This document shows, piece after piece, positions 50,995 to 63,615 of a stretch of 64,000 bases of DNA. The stretch is taken from contig NC_045697.1 of assembly GCF_009834535.1 (NCBI RefSeq), forward strand, positions 4,404,001 to 4,468,000. Direction: 5' to 3'. The position numbers were made by a program, and so were the translations under genes. The notes beneath the pieces are model-generated. The model had not been told where the DNA came from, made no database searches, and saw only the letters and a program-made list of their open reading frames with translations. Every line of letters starts with the position of its first letter. Position 1 is the first letter of the stretch. This DNA comes from Camelus ferus. Its lineage: Eukaryota.

Positions 50995-53060
50995 TGTTTT
51001 CTTGTAGACGACCTGTAGTTGGGCCACACTGACAATGTCTGCCTTTTAATTGGTGCATTTAGACCATTGATACATATTTTTAATTCAGGTGTAATTGACA
51101 TAAACATTGTAATAGTTTCAAGTGGGCAGCAAATGATTCAATATTTATGTATGTTGCAAAATGATCACCACAGTAAGTCCAGTTATCAATGGTGACCAGG
51201 CATAATGATAGAAGTTAGTTTTCTTGTGATGAGAACTTTGAGAGCCACTCTATTAGCAACTTTCAAATATGCAACACAGTATTGTTTACCACAGTCACCG
51301 TGCTGTACACTACAGCTCTTAGACCTTTGATGACCAAAGTGATCATTGATGTAGTTGGATTAGCATCTGCCGTATCTGTTGCTGTTTTCCATCTTTTGAC
51401 CATTTGTTACTGTTTTTGTCTTCTACCCTCTGATTTCTGTGGCTTTAATGGAGTATTTATATGTTGCCATTTTTTTCTCTCCTTTCTGAGTAGGTCAGTT
51501 GTATTTCTTTAAAAAAATTTTAGTGGTCACCCTAGAGTTTGCCATACACATTTACAACTAACCCGAGTCCACTTTCAAATAACACCACGTTGCTTCGTGT
51601 GTAATGTAAGACCCTTATACCCAAGTATTCCTATTTCCTCCCTCCTGTTCCTTGTAAATTGCTGTCATTCATTTCATTTATCCAGAAGCTATAATCACAG
51701 AATATTTATTGCTTTTATCATTTTGAACATTGTTATCTGTTAGATCAATTAAGAATAAGAAAAATAAAAGTTTTAATTTTACCTTTATTCCTTATCCAGC
51801 ACTCTTCCTTTCTTTATGTAGATCTGTTTCTGACCTATGTCATTTTCCTTCTCTTGGAAGAACTTACTTCAACATTTTTTGCAAGGCTGGCCTACTGGTG
51901 ACAAGTGTCTTCAGCTTTTGTTTGTTTGAGTTAGTCTTTATTTCTCCTTCATTTTGAAGGGAAATTTTGCAGGGTACAGAGTTTTAGGTTGGAGATTTTT
52001 TTCTTCCAGTGATTTAAATATTTCACTCCATTCTCTTCCAGTTTGTGTGGCTTCTGAAGAAAAGTCTGATATAATTCTTATCCCTGCTCCTCTATTTGTA
52101 AGATTTTTTTCCTCTGGCTCCTTTCAAGATTTTTCTTTTATCTTTGATTTTCTGAAGCTTTATTGCGATATGCCTGGGTGTGGATCTTCGGGCATGTACT
52201 CTGTGTGTTCGCTGAGCTTCCCAGATCTGTGGTTTAGTATCATAATTTTCAGAAATACGCAGACATTACTGCTTCAAATATTTCTTCTCTTCCTTTCGCT
52301 TCCTCTCTTCTCCTATTATGCATGTATTACACCTTTTGTAATTATCCCACAGTTCTGGCATATCCTATTCTGTTTATTTCAGTGGTTTTTTTTTTTTTTT
52401 AATTTTGCTGTTCGTCTGGAAAGTTTGTATCAATATGTCTTTAAACTGGCTGATTCCTCAGCCATGTCCAGTGTACTGATGAGCCCATCAAAGGCATTCT
52501 TCATTTCTGTTACAATGCTTTTGATCTCCAGCATTTTTTTTTTTTGTTTGGCCCTTTCTTAGAATTTCCATCTCGGCTTACATTAGCATCTATTCTTGCA
52601 TGTTGTCTGCTTTTTCCATCTGTGCCCTTAGCATATTGATCATAGTTATTTTAAAGTCTTAGTCTGATAATTCCATCATCTCTGCCATATCATAGTCTGG
52701 TTCTGATGCTTGCTGCCTCTTCAAACTGGGTTTTTTTGCCATCCAGTTTGCCTGGTAGGTTGTTTGTTTGTTTGTTTTTTCCTGTTGTTGTTGTTGTTGT
52801 TACTGAAAGCTGGGCAAGGAGTATTTGGCAAAAGGAACCTGAACTGGTTCCCACAGAGGCTTCTGCTCTTGGGTTTCTGTTCTGGTAACGTATTAGTCTC
52901 TGTATCTGCCTGTCTGGGAGTGGTTGGCCCTGTGACCTCAGTTCTCTGATGGATATAAAAAGAAGTTGTGATTTTCAGTTTGTTCAGCTTTTTTCTTGTT
53001 GTGTGGATGAGAGTGATGACTCCCAAGTTCCTTGCGCACCAGACCAGAAACTGGAAATTT
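50995..53060 (-). mobile_element. Old antisense L1 5' part (ORF1/5'UTR; L1MC/MD-like) with a nested L1 3' end
   Basis: Antisense ORF1-region text (cagcttttgtttgtttgag..tatttctccttcattttgaagggaaattttgcagggtacaga) and a 5'-end-like segment near 52930-53058. Confidence 0.75.
51072..51318 (-). mobile_element. Short L1 3' end (same family as 6764-7581) nested in the older L1
   Basis: Close similarity to 6770-7010. TSD ttagaccattgat (51059-51071) and ttagacctttgat (51319-51331). Confidence 0.8.
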
Positions 53061-54784
53061 GATTTCATTCTTTCTGTGTTCTCCTTCCCTCCTTTCTTCC
53101 CTCCTACTCTTCCTTCCTCCCCTGTTCTTTTCTTCCATCTTTCTTCCCTGCCTTCCTCCTGTGTAGGGCATTTTATTGGGCAAGACTTTGCCAAAGTGGC
53201 TACGGGGCAGGTAGCTGCACAGTATGGCCCTAATCGGGTTTCTCTGGGGTTTTTTTGGGCGGTGGCATCCATGAGTTCAGATATGTGCTCTGTGGGTCTT
53301 TGACCATGAGTCCTGGTGCTCCAAGTCTGTCGAATTCAGAGAGGCCTCCCTGCCCTGATCTTGGCTGTACTTTACTTCTGTGGGACATAGCAAGATGGAC
53401 CTGCTAGGACCAGGTGACAAAGGCTGTACAAAGATTCCTGGGCCCTCCTGCGCCATCGAAGTTGGTTTCCTCACAGCGTCTAGCTCTTACTTATGTCAGC
53501 TGCAGCCCTCCGCGTGGTCTTGACTTCAGAGGTGACCAGGTTTATTCTGTGACTGGGGTGACAATGACCAGTGACAATGGCAGGTGATGCTGCCAGCAAA
53601 AGGAGAGTGTTCTGACCTCCTAATACTTTTCTGGGGATTGAAAAGTGGTGGTTCCTGGAGAAATCCCACTCTCCCCTTCTTACAGCTGTTTTAAGGTATA
53701 AAGGACATACGGTGATACTGAAAAGAACAAAGGAGCAGAGTCTGAGAGGAGGGAGCTTTGGGCAGCAGAGGCCGTCAGCATCCCGAGGGCAGAGTGGGGT
53801 GCAGCTACTTGATATTGTGGTCCCAAGCCCAGCACGGTGCCTGCACGTAGGAGGTGAGTGGTGAGCTTGTACTGAACAAACGAGGGAGTGATGCCTCCAA
53901 CTGGCCGAGCTCCTCTCTGCACTGAGCTTTGTTACCCAAGGGCAAGGCCAAGGTCCTTGATGCTTGTACCCTGCCATTTTACCAAGGGCCATGTTTGACT
54001 ATGTGGGGAGTGGGGACAGCTGCATCTCTGTGTACACACACACACACACACGCACGCACACACACACACTCACACGGCAGTTCTTATGAAATGACACTTA
54101 CCTTCGTGGTTCGGGGATTATTTTTTTACCAAGGACCCAAGAGTCCTTTGTCCCTTGAAGGATCCCTTGTGTCCTTCCGCCTGAACGTTGTAACTGTGTG
54201 ACGCTTTCACAGCTGAGCAGGCATCCAGGAGGGGTCCTGATGTGGCCAAGCACCTGTGCTGGGCGGGCATTTTGCCTGGTACTGGACAGCCAAGTGAATA
54301 AGACGGTTTCAGAAGAACTGATGCTCCAGCCGGGCAGGTGGGCAAGGAGACACAGCAACAGGGCGAGATGGTACAGGGACCTCGCCAGCCATCCGCGGCC
54401 ATGTCGGGACTTGCCCCTGAGGGCCACAGCAGCTTGACATGTTATTGCTATTTTGATTATTTTCTGGGCACGGATGCTATGCATGCTGACTTGCTTCAGG
54501 AGGCTTCCTCTTGCAGCCTTGGGTGGGTGGCCGGGTTCGGAGGGGCAGGGAGACTGTTTTGAAGGCCCCTGGGCTGCAGGTGGCAGGGTGCAGGGAATGG
54601 GAAGGACTGCAGAGGGAGTCTGGCAGCTGGCGCCGTGAGGCTGGGCGCTGCCTGAGCGTCCCCTGCCAGGCCCTGCATTCTCTGCCCTGCTGCCCCCAGG
54701 GCACAGCACATGCCTCCTTTTTGCTCCGCTTACCCCCTTCCTTCCAGAACAAATAGCTTTTCAGCGAACCTAGTGATGTGGCTT

Positions 54785-54788
<4 letters not shown>

Positions 54789-54822
<34 letters not shown>
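54789..54822. repeat. (GT)n microsatellite (imperfect (CA)n tracts also at 24276-24293, 26556-26589 and 54034-54074)
   Basis: Directly visible dinucleotide repeat. Confidence 0.97.
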
Positions 54823-54830
<8 letters not shown>

Positions 54831-55351
54831 CTGAGCCTCAGTTTCCCCATCTCTAAATCAGGAAGACAACCTTGGTCCTGCCTGCCCCTGGGGTTGCTCT
54901 GTGGCTTGGCCAGGGTGACATGGGCCACCGTGGCAGCTAGTGGATGGGAGTCGGATGGGGCTTGCCTGTGGTGACGCGGGCAGCTCTGGACCCCTCCGAG
55001 CCCGGTTGCCTTCGTGGAGGGTAGGCGTGATGGTGCCGTCAGCGTGCGGGCCTGCTGTGAACCCACCGCCTCCGAGCCTGCCGATTCTCTGCTTCCTTCT
55101 GTTGTTGGCAACGGGAACTTTGAAGCCCCAGGCCTTCCGAGGAGCCTTCCCAAGACGCCCAGGACCTCTCTCTGGGAATTCTGATATTCAGGCTGGAGAG
55201 GCAGGTCTGTGCATCTCAGAAATGCTTCCCCTGGACATTTGGGGTTTTCCTGTCCTCGTCGGAGCTGCCGAGCTGGTGTGTGTGGTGTGTATGATGTGCG
55301 CGGTGTTTGGGGGGGTGTTGATGTGTGGTGTTTGGTGTGTGTGTGGTGGTG

Positions 55352-55661
55352 TGTGTCAGCTTGGGCTGCTGTAACATAATTCTATAGAACGCGTGCTTTA
55401 GACAGCAGACACTTACTTCTCACAGTTTCGCAGGCTAGAAGTCCGAGATCAGGTTTTCACACGCGCCCTCTTCCTGGCTTGTAGACGGCTGCCTTCTTGC
55501 TGAGTCCTCACAAGGCAGAGACTGTAAAGGCACTAATCTCATGGGGGCTCCACCCTCGTGATCTGATTACTCCCAAAGGCCCACCTCCTAATCCCATTGT
55601 AGTGGACATTAGGATTTCAACACACGAATTCTGGGGAGACACGAACCTTCAGTCCTTGGCA
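55352..55661 (-). mobile_element. MaLR (MLT1A-like) LTR inside a GT-rich low-complexity tract (55275-55890)
   Basis: cttgggctgctgtaacataa..tctcacagtttcgcaggctagaagtccgagatcagg..aggatttcaacacacgaattctggggagacac..cagtccttggca. Confidence 0.75.
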
Positions 55662-56059
55662 GTATGTGTGTGGTGTTTGCTATGTGTGTGTGCTTGTTTC
55701 TCTGTGGTGTATGTGTGTGGTGTGTGTATTGTGTGTTTCTGTATGATGTGTGTATATGCTGGGGGGGTGTTTGTGTATATGTGTCTGTGTTTCTCTGCTT
55801 ATGTGTGTGGCTTGTGGGTTGGGTGTGTGTTTCCGTATAATGTGTGCATTGTGGGGGGGGTGTTTGTGTGGGGTGTGTGATGTGTGTAGAACAGAGTCTG
55901 CCCTTCTCCCCATCACAAGAGGGGCCCTCAGATGTTTGTTGGGTACAGAATGTACAGCTTGACCTGGAGAAGGAGTCAGCACACCCTAGGGCCCCATGGC
56001 GGTGGAGTCCACAGCTGGGAGAGTTGGCAGCAAGCGACCTGCATCTCAACTCAGCAGGA

Positions 56060-56293
56060 ATGCGTGGCTCTGCGCGCAGGGAGGGGCTCGGGGGGTCTTG
56101 GCCCCTGGTGGCCCCTGAGATGGGAGAGTCCTGGTGAGGGGGTCAGCCAGCCCAGGCGGGGGCGCCACCTGCTGATGAGTGACGTCATCAGCCCGGCCGT
56201 GGGAGCTGAGGGCACCTCAGTGAGCTGCGGCCTGGCCCGTGGTGTCTGCGTCAGGTGGTACCTGCCCCATGGCCTCTGAAGCACCAGGTAAGC
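56060..56293 (+). promoter_or_regulatory. Candidate alternative promoter/first exon with a full CRE and a strong splice donor
   Basis: CpG-enriched patch, GGCGGGGG at ~56155, TGACGTCA at 56180-56187 and CAG|GTAAGC donor at 56285-56293. Confidence 0.35.
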
Positions 56294-57919
56294 TCTGCTG
56301 ACCATCCCGTGGGGTCAGGGGAGCAGAGTTCTCCTCTACTCTCTGGGCCCCTACACCCTCTGTGACCCCAGACTGGCTTCTGACCTGCCTGGGCCTCAGT
56401 TTCCCCGTCTGTAAAATGAGTCTGTCCCCTGTGGCCATCCCATCCTGCTGTCCTCCTAGTTCTGGAGGTGGGCAAGGCGATGGTCGCCGAGTGCCATCCC
56501 GGTGAGGTGAGGACTACAAGGACACCCTTACCTTGCCTGTGGGGCCAAAGAGGGTTCCTGGAAGAGGTGTGGCCCAAGTCGAGTCCTGAGGACAGTTAGG
56601 AGGTGGCTGGAGATAGTCCCATCGGTGAGACACGTGCTGAGGACTGCATGGGACAGCAGGCCTGGCTCACAGGGGCCACCACTGGCTCCGGGTGGCTGTG
56701 GGGCTAGGTTCAGGACAGAGGGCACTGTCCCCTGCAGGCTGTCCCCTGAAAGAGCGGGGAAGGCCATCCCACTGCTGCTGGGGCCTGGGTGGGGCAGCGT
56801 GCAGGCCAGGGGACAGGGGAGGCCACAGTCAGGCAGGACGGGGTGAAGGCTGGCCAGAGCCGTGGCAAGAGGGGACTCCTCTGAGAACTGGTGGGAGGGG
56901 ACAAGGCTTGGTGGCCGGACACTGAGGGTCAGCAGCCCTGGGGCTAATGTGAGGATTGAGCTGCCACCCAGAGAGCTCAGAACAGGGCCCGGGGTGCCAA
57001 GCACTCCCAGATGTGCTGGGGCTGGTGGCTGTTCTGTTGTCATCATTTCTAAGATCCTCCAGCACTGGGCTTCTGGGATCTGTAATGGGATGCAGGGGCC
57101 CCAGAAGCCTGGCTGCCAGCGGCCTGCTCCGGGATCAGCGGTGGTGCCAGCCCTGCTCTCACACACCGCCGTGTGCACGGTCCGCTCCGCTTCATGGCTG
57201 AAAAGTCCGGGGTGAGGAGAGCAGGGCTGGGGCCCCGCCTTGCCGTGGTTGGCAGCAGGGCTGGGATGGGTGATGGAGCCCTGCTCCTCATTATGGGTCC
57301 TCTCTGCAGCCCTTCACCCCTGAGCCCAGAATCTGTGTTAGGAAAACCTAACTCAGTTGACTTGATTTATTACATCTTAGGATCCTTTTTTTTTTTAACT
57401 CCCACTGACTATTTTGTACCAACACAGTATATATAAGAGTCTGGACAGCAAGCACCTTATTAATTTGCTGTCATTGGAGAATGAGGTGTCCTAAGAATGT
57501 TACTATTTTAGGGGTCACAGTCTTTTTAAGTGTTAAGGGAATTATTATTTTACTCTCCATGTTTGTTTTGGTGGGGGTGTGGTGGAAAATCTTTGCTTTC
57601 TAGAAAGATCTTTGCTGTCTTTTCAATTCTCCTGTCTGTGTGTTTGCCTTTTGCAGAATGCTGTCTGCCAGGTTTGTGTTTGCCTTCTGCTCTGGGCTGG
57701 GAGAGCGGACAGCTCTGTTCGCTAGCACTGTGTGTAAATCACGAGCCAGCAGGTTCTGAGGGAAGGACAGGAGACTTGCCTAGGGTGTGGGGGGAACTGA
57801 TTACTGATGTTAAATGCAGCAGGGGAAGAAGCAGGGCTCAGTGCTGAGAAGCTGGTGATCTTAAGTCATTTGACAACTGCTGCGTGTATCCCCTGAGCGT
57901 TTTTCCCTTCATGGACCCA

Positions 57920-58352
57920 GCATATTCGTTTCCTGTGGTGGCCATACAGAACTCCTTAAAACTGAGTGACTTCAAACAACAGAAATTTACTCTCTCATGG
58001 TTCTGGAGGCTGAAAGCCCCAAAGCAAAGTGTCGGCTGGGCCACATGCGCTCTGGAGGCTCTGGGAGAGGAGCCTTCTCCTCGCTTTGGGTCGTTGTCAG
58101 CGTTCTCGGCTTCTTGGGCTGCAGCCGCCTCACCCGTCTCCCCGCCCTCTTCACATGGCCTTCCCTTCCTCTGTGTGTCTCCTACAAGGGCATGTGTCAT
58201 TGAATTGAAGGCTCACCCGAATCCCAAATGTCTCATCTCAAGATCTTTAACTTGCTTACATCTGCAAAGACCCTTTTCCCAGGTAAGGGCGCAGGTTCCG
58301 GGGAATAGTATGTGAACATATCTTTTGGGGACCACCATTCATTCAGGCCAGT
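57920..58352 (-). mobile_element. MaLR (MLT1C/D-like) solo LTR
   Basis: aaacaacagaaatttactctctcatggttctggaggc..tacatctgcaaagaccctttt..acatatctttttggggaccacc. Confidence 0.8.
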
Positions 58353-61300
58353 ATAGCCATCATCAGCCAAAAGCTGACCGGTATTGCCCGGGACCTGCTG
58401 CCCAACCAAAGCTCTGACCCCGCCTCCTTTAGCCTGAGTCCAGTGTCCTAACCCTTTTGCTTGCTTCTAGAACCTTGTCACCAAGAAGCTTTGCTTTAAT
58501 GAAGGCTGAGAGTTCTGTAGCCACCAGACAAGGCCTTGGTGCTCAGTACTTTGGCTGATAATGGTGATAATGGTTGTGTCAAGGTGAGAGTGAGCCGGAC
58601 TCAGGCCGAGTCTGGCATATGGTTCAGTCTCAGCAAATGCCCCCCTCCCGAGGGCGTGTCCTGTTGGCTCAGCCCCTGACACATCTCTCACTCAGATCCA
58701 CCTGTCTCCGGCCATCTCCCGGCCGCGTCTCGTTTGTCTGCAGCCTGAATGCACTTTAGACAATGCAGTGGCAGTAGCAAGGTCTATGTGGTGCTTCCTG
58801 TGTGCCGGGCTGTCTCGAAAGGGTAGAGCTGTCATCATCCGCATTTTAGAGATAGGGAAGCCCAGGGCAGAGCCCGCCAGGAGCCTCCCGGCACTCTCGC
58901 AGTCCTGCTTAACTCCGTCCAGGGCCAGCAGAACCTCTCACTCTTGGCGTGATGCTCTGTGTCGCCATCGTGAATGTCTGAGGGGTTTTAGAACCGAGAC
59001 ACTTGTATTTCCATTTTGCACTGGGCAGCAGATTCCGTAGCTGGTCTTGACTCTGTCCATGGTCTGCAGGCCCCATGTGGTCTAGCAGTTTCTTCCACTT
59101 ATCTCCCTGCATTGATTATTTGGGTGATATTCGATAGAATTTCAAATACCCTGTTTACTATTTCTTTACAGCGCCAATCATGATCCAGTTATTTTATGTA
59201 TTCATTTCCATATTTGTCTCCCTGGCTAGAAAGTTCCATGGTGGCCGGGACCTTGCCTGGTCCTCCGTTGCACCCCAGAGCTAGCACGGGGCCAGTGCTG
59301 AGTGTTACTCTGGGGCGCTCCTTCTGGGCTCTGACTCCCCCTCCCGCTGGGGCGCCGAGCAGCGGCATCTCCTTGCTGAGACTGTGGGGCTACTTTGTCA
59401 ACACTGGGCTGTACCACGGGCTTAGGGGGCCACCGTGAGCTCTAAACAAAAAGCCCCAGCACAGAACGGCCGCCAAGCTCATCTCAGGTAGGAGAGTGGC
59501 CTGCTGTTGTTCCCATGGGCGGGGCCTGTGCAGAGGTCAGAGGCTGATGGTAGGGAAGCTATGTGGCCTCTGAGCCTCGGGCCGAATCGGCCGTGGGTGT
59601 GCCCCTGGTGAGGAGGCCAAGTTTGACTTGGCCCAGAACTTTGGGTACCTTCCCAAAAAGCCTGGCCAAAGGGGCCTTGGGTCCAGCTGGTCCAGGGGGT
59701 CTGATAGAAATGCGGAGTCTGGGACTGGCCCCCGAGGCTTTGCCAGCCACTGCTCTCATGGCCCCCCGAACATTCCTGGGTTTCCGCTCCCATTCCTCAT
59801 CCTGGCTGTGGCTGGTCGCCATCCCAGGGCCTCACTGAGGAGTGGTCCGTCCGCTGCCTGTATCCAGCCTGCTGTGCTGCCTCGGGCAGGTGCTTTACGT
59901 CCTTGAGGCCCAGCACCTCATCTGATACCCTCTCCTCCTAAGCGTCTTCAGCAACCATGGGAGGGGCTGCCAGGGAAGGAAACGGGCCTGCAGGTTATTC
60001 TCAGGCCGCTGAGAAACTGTGACAGTGTGATGCCAAGTGGGCTGTGCCCTGATACCATGGCTTCCAGTAGTACCCAGGCCCAGCACGGGTCACCTTGACC
60101 TTCTTGAAGATAATTGGAGGCTGGCATTGCTCCTCCTAATAAACTCAGCTTTGTTTTGTTTGGCGAGTGTCTTCATTGGGCCAGGCACCTTGCAAAGCAC
60201 TTTGAATTCCAGGCCCTATGAAGTCAGTGCTGTGGGTCCCATTAAACAGATGTAAAAACTGAGTCCTAGAGAAGAAGTTCAGTGACTTGCCCAGGACCAC
60301 CCAGGTGAGGAAGTGTGAGCTGAGATTCAACCCCAGGTCTGCCTCACTCTGAAGGATGGCCCTTTGATGGGGTGACAAGGGCGTCCTGCAGGACGGTCAG
60401 CTGTGTCCCGGGGGCGTGGCCCGTGACCTTTTCTCTCGGAGAAGCATCTTTCCCTTACAGGCAGCCCAGAGACAGTCGGGGAGCTGGAGCTGCGTCTGTG
60501 CCTGGAGGGGCAGCTGGCCACAATAGCTTCTTTCTCATCTCTTTCCCAGCTAGAGCCAGGTGTTTTTCTGAAACTTGCTCACTCACCTTCCTTTAAGAAA
60601 AATGGCATTTTTTTTCCTGTAAAGCAGTGATAGAAATAGAAAACTTGATTTACCTGAAAGAGTATAAAGAGGAAAATAAGTATCACCTGTGGTTGGCTGT
60701 ACCACTCAGGCCCCTGCTAACATCTGAGAGGCGAGGGGACCTTGTCCTCACCTCTGTGTCCCCAGCAGGTGCTCAAAACGTTGTGACCAAATGAAAAGGG
60801 GGAACAAAGGGAGTTCAGAAAACTGAGCTCACAAATCATGTTTGTGCTTTGACTCTGCCTTTTCTTCTCCACGTGGAGTTTGCTGCCACGGCTTTGACGC
60901 GATTTACTTAACCCGTCCCTTCGGGCCGAGCATTTGTTGTTGAGAGAACATCCGAGCGTTTATACAGAGGCCGGGGCTGATTTCTGAGAACGGCTGCTGC
61001 TGTAAAAGCAGGCAGGTCAGAAGAGAGAGGAATGAATTCTGAATTGTGCTCTAATCAGTCAAATCCAAGCAAATGGAGTTCAGACTTCTCTGAAGATGGA
61101 ATGCACCTTGCTGGAATTGATCGGTGGGGATGTTGATTGCCCCTGAATAATCCTTCATGGCGGGCAGAGAAACTGCATTCTCTCCTGTTCCAGAGGAGTG
61201 TTACTGGCTTTCATTATTGCCTTCCCAAATTTCTAGTCGGACAGACATCCCCAGGGCTAGCAGATCACGCTGGACTTAAGTTCATGGCCCTTGCATGCTT

Positions 61301-61909
61301 GCAGCTCATCGGATGTGCTGGCGTTGACCAAACCCTGCCCTGCTCCCTGTCCCACACTTCCCCGCCTGGGTCCCTACTCCCACCCTGCAAAGCAGCTCCC
61401 ACTGAGGCCACTGACCCCACGTTCCTGAATCCAGTGGCTGCTCTTCAGTCTGTCTTGACCTCTCAGGAGCTGCCCCAGTCGACTCCTTCCTCCTTCTAGA
61501 AACTCTTTCTTCTCTTAGCTTCCCGGGTTCTCTGTCTTCTCCTACTTACAGGCTGGTTTATGGTTTTCCTTGCTGATTTTGTGTCTTCTCCCCTCCACTC
61601 TGGAATTCTCTCTTGTTTTCCTCACTCTGCATCCTCTCCCAAGGCAAATAATCCCAGCACCGCTTTCTAGCTGTGTGGCCTTAGGTAGCTTACTTGACCT
61701 CTCTGTGCCTCGATTTCCTCATCACCTCTTGTCAACCAGCACAACCATACGAGGCAGGTGCTGGTGCCCAGTGTTAGAGACAAGCATACTGAGGCACGCC
61801 GAGGTTAAGCACCTCTCCAGGTGCTGCAAGGATTGTATACTCCCTGGCTCTCACTGGGGGACTCAGCACTTCATGGGTGCCTCGTAACTGTCTGTTGTCA
61901 TTCCCTCAT

Positions 61910-62085
61910 TCTCACACTCACTCAACAGTGTTTACAGAGTGCTTCCTGCATACTGGGCCCTGTTCCAGGCACGGGGGACATAGCTAGGAACTCAACAGAC
62001 ACAGGCCCTGCTTGCTTGAAACTCACATCCTGGTGTAGGGGAAACAGACATGAAATAAGTAAATGTGCGTTTGTCTTATGGAAAG
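61910..62085. mobile_element. L2 3'-end remnant (representative; others near 4210, 10200 and 38390)
   Basis: cactcactcaacagtgtttacagagtgcttcctgcatactgggccctgttccaggcac..acaggccctgct. Confidence 0.6.
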
Positions 62086-62164
62086 CAGTAAGAAGGCAGA
62101 GCAAGGGGGAAGGGGGACCAGATCAGGCTTACAGCGCAGTGCAGCCTGGGGTTAGCTGAGCTCA

Positions 62165-62200
62165 GGGCTGGGGGCTGGGGGCTGGGGGCTGGGGGCTGGG
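62165..62200 (+). repeat. (GGGGGCT)n tandem repeat with G-quadruplex potential
   Basis: gggctgggggctgggggctgggggctgggggctggg: six G-runs with 2-nt loops. Confidence 0.95.
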
Positions 62201-63273
62201 TTCAGTCCTGGCTCACCACCTCCTGCTGTGGGCCCTGACCCAGGTACTACTGTTTCCTCTTTTTGGCTGTGTGACCATCACCGGTGCTTAACCTCGGCGT
62301 GCCTCAGTATGCTTGTCTCTAACACTGGGCACCAGCACCTGCCTCGTATGGTTGTGCTGGTTGACAAGAGGTGACAGAGCTGTGGCGTCCAGTACACAGT
62401 GCTACTGGCCGTCACTCGGGCCTGATTTTAATGGCGTTGGCTTTGCCACTGTGCAGGGTGGGAGGGCAGCCCTACCACATGGAAGATCTGGGGTGCCTCA
62501 GGGGAATGTGGGTGCTAGAGGGGTCGTTAGCTTATCAGGGCACCCCACTGGCCAGGTGACCAGCTTTGGCCTGGCCAGGCGGGCACAGAGGCCTGAAGGA
62601 CTGCAGGATGCTGTGCTTGGCTGTCAACCCCTCCAGGGGCCTTCCCTCCTCCCCCAGGCTGGCCTGGGCGCCTCTGCTGGGCCCAAAGCTAGCAGCTCAG
62701 GGTGAACCGTTCTGTACTAGTCCCCAGGGAGGGGAAAAGGGAGGAAACCCTGACCTTTATGGAGTCTAAAAGCCCAGTTTTCAGGGTGTGGTCCTTGGAC
62801 CCTGCTCCAGACTCATCTAGGTGTGCAGATGGGACACCCAGATTCCCCAGCACCCCCACACCCACACGCTGAGCTTTGAGCTCTGTGCTCCCCCAGGGAC
62901 CTTCCTTTTGAAACAAGCGCCCCAGTGACTGGGCTCTATGGTTGCTTAGGTGGTGTAGTCTCATCTTGATGAGGGCAGGACTGGACTGGACGGAGCCACT
63001 CAGTGAGGAGTGGTCACCTGGCAGCCTCTCCTGGGAGCTAGTGAGACGTGTAAATCCGATTCCGAGGTGTGGGCCCCTGGACTCCACCTTAGCAGGCTTC
63101 CAAGCGATTCTGATGCAGCCCCCGTTGGAGAAGCATTAGGTCATCCTTAGAGTGAGCGGTGCCTGGCTTGGGGAGGGGGCCGCAGCAGATGCTGACCGCC
63201 ATTGTGTTTGAGTGCCCCAAGCAGGGGGACACCAGCCCCTGTCTCTGCTGACCTGGCTTCCTTCCTCCCCCAG

Positions 63274-63615
<342 letters not shown>

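Larger units (their letters stand above)
1..63273 (+). other. JAKMIP1: Inferred long 5'-UTR intron of JAKMIP1 (may contain alternative first exons)
   Basis: The coding exon starts with a splice acceptor, so it is not the first exon. No other coding exon or full CpG island was recognised upstream and the region is repeat-rich. This is an inference. Confidence 0.65.

Noticed and set aside
51954..52562. 202-aa Phe/Leu-rich ORF resembling a membrane protein
   Set aside because: It is the antisense reading of an L1 ORF1 remnant.
54098..57215. Several 100-216 aa ORFs on both strands
   Set aside because: Pro/Gly/Ala-rich products typical of GC-rich non-coding DNA and microsatellites, with no recognisable homology or exon structure.
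59050..59071. Possible REST/RE1 site (ctctgtccatggtctgca)
   Set aside because: The GGTGCTGA half is broken by a missing base, so the match is too weak to call.
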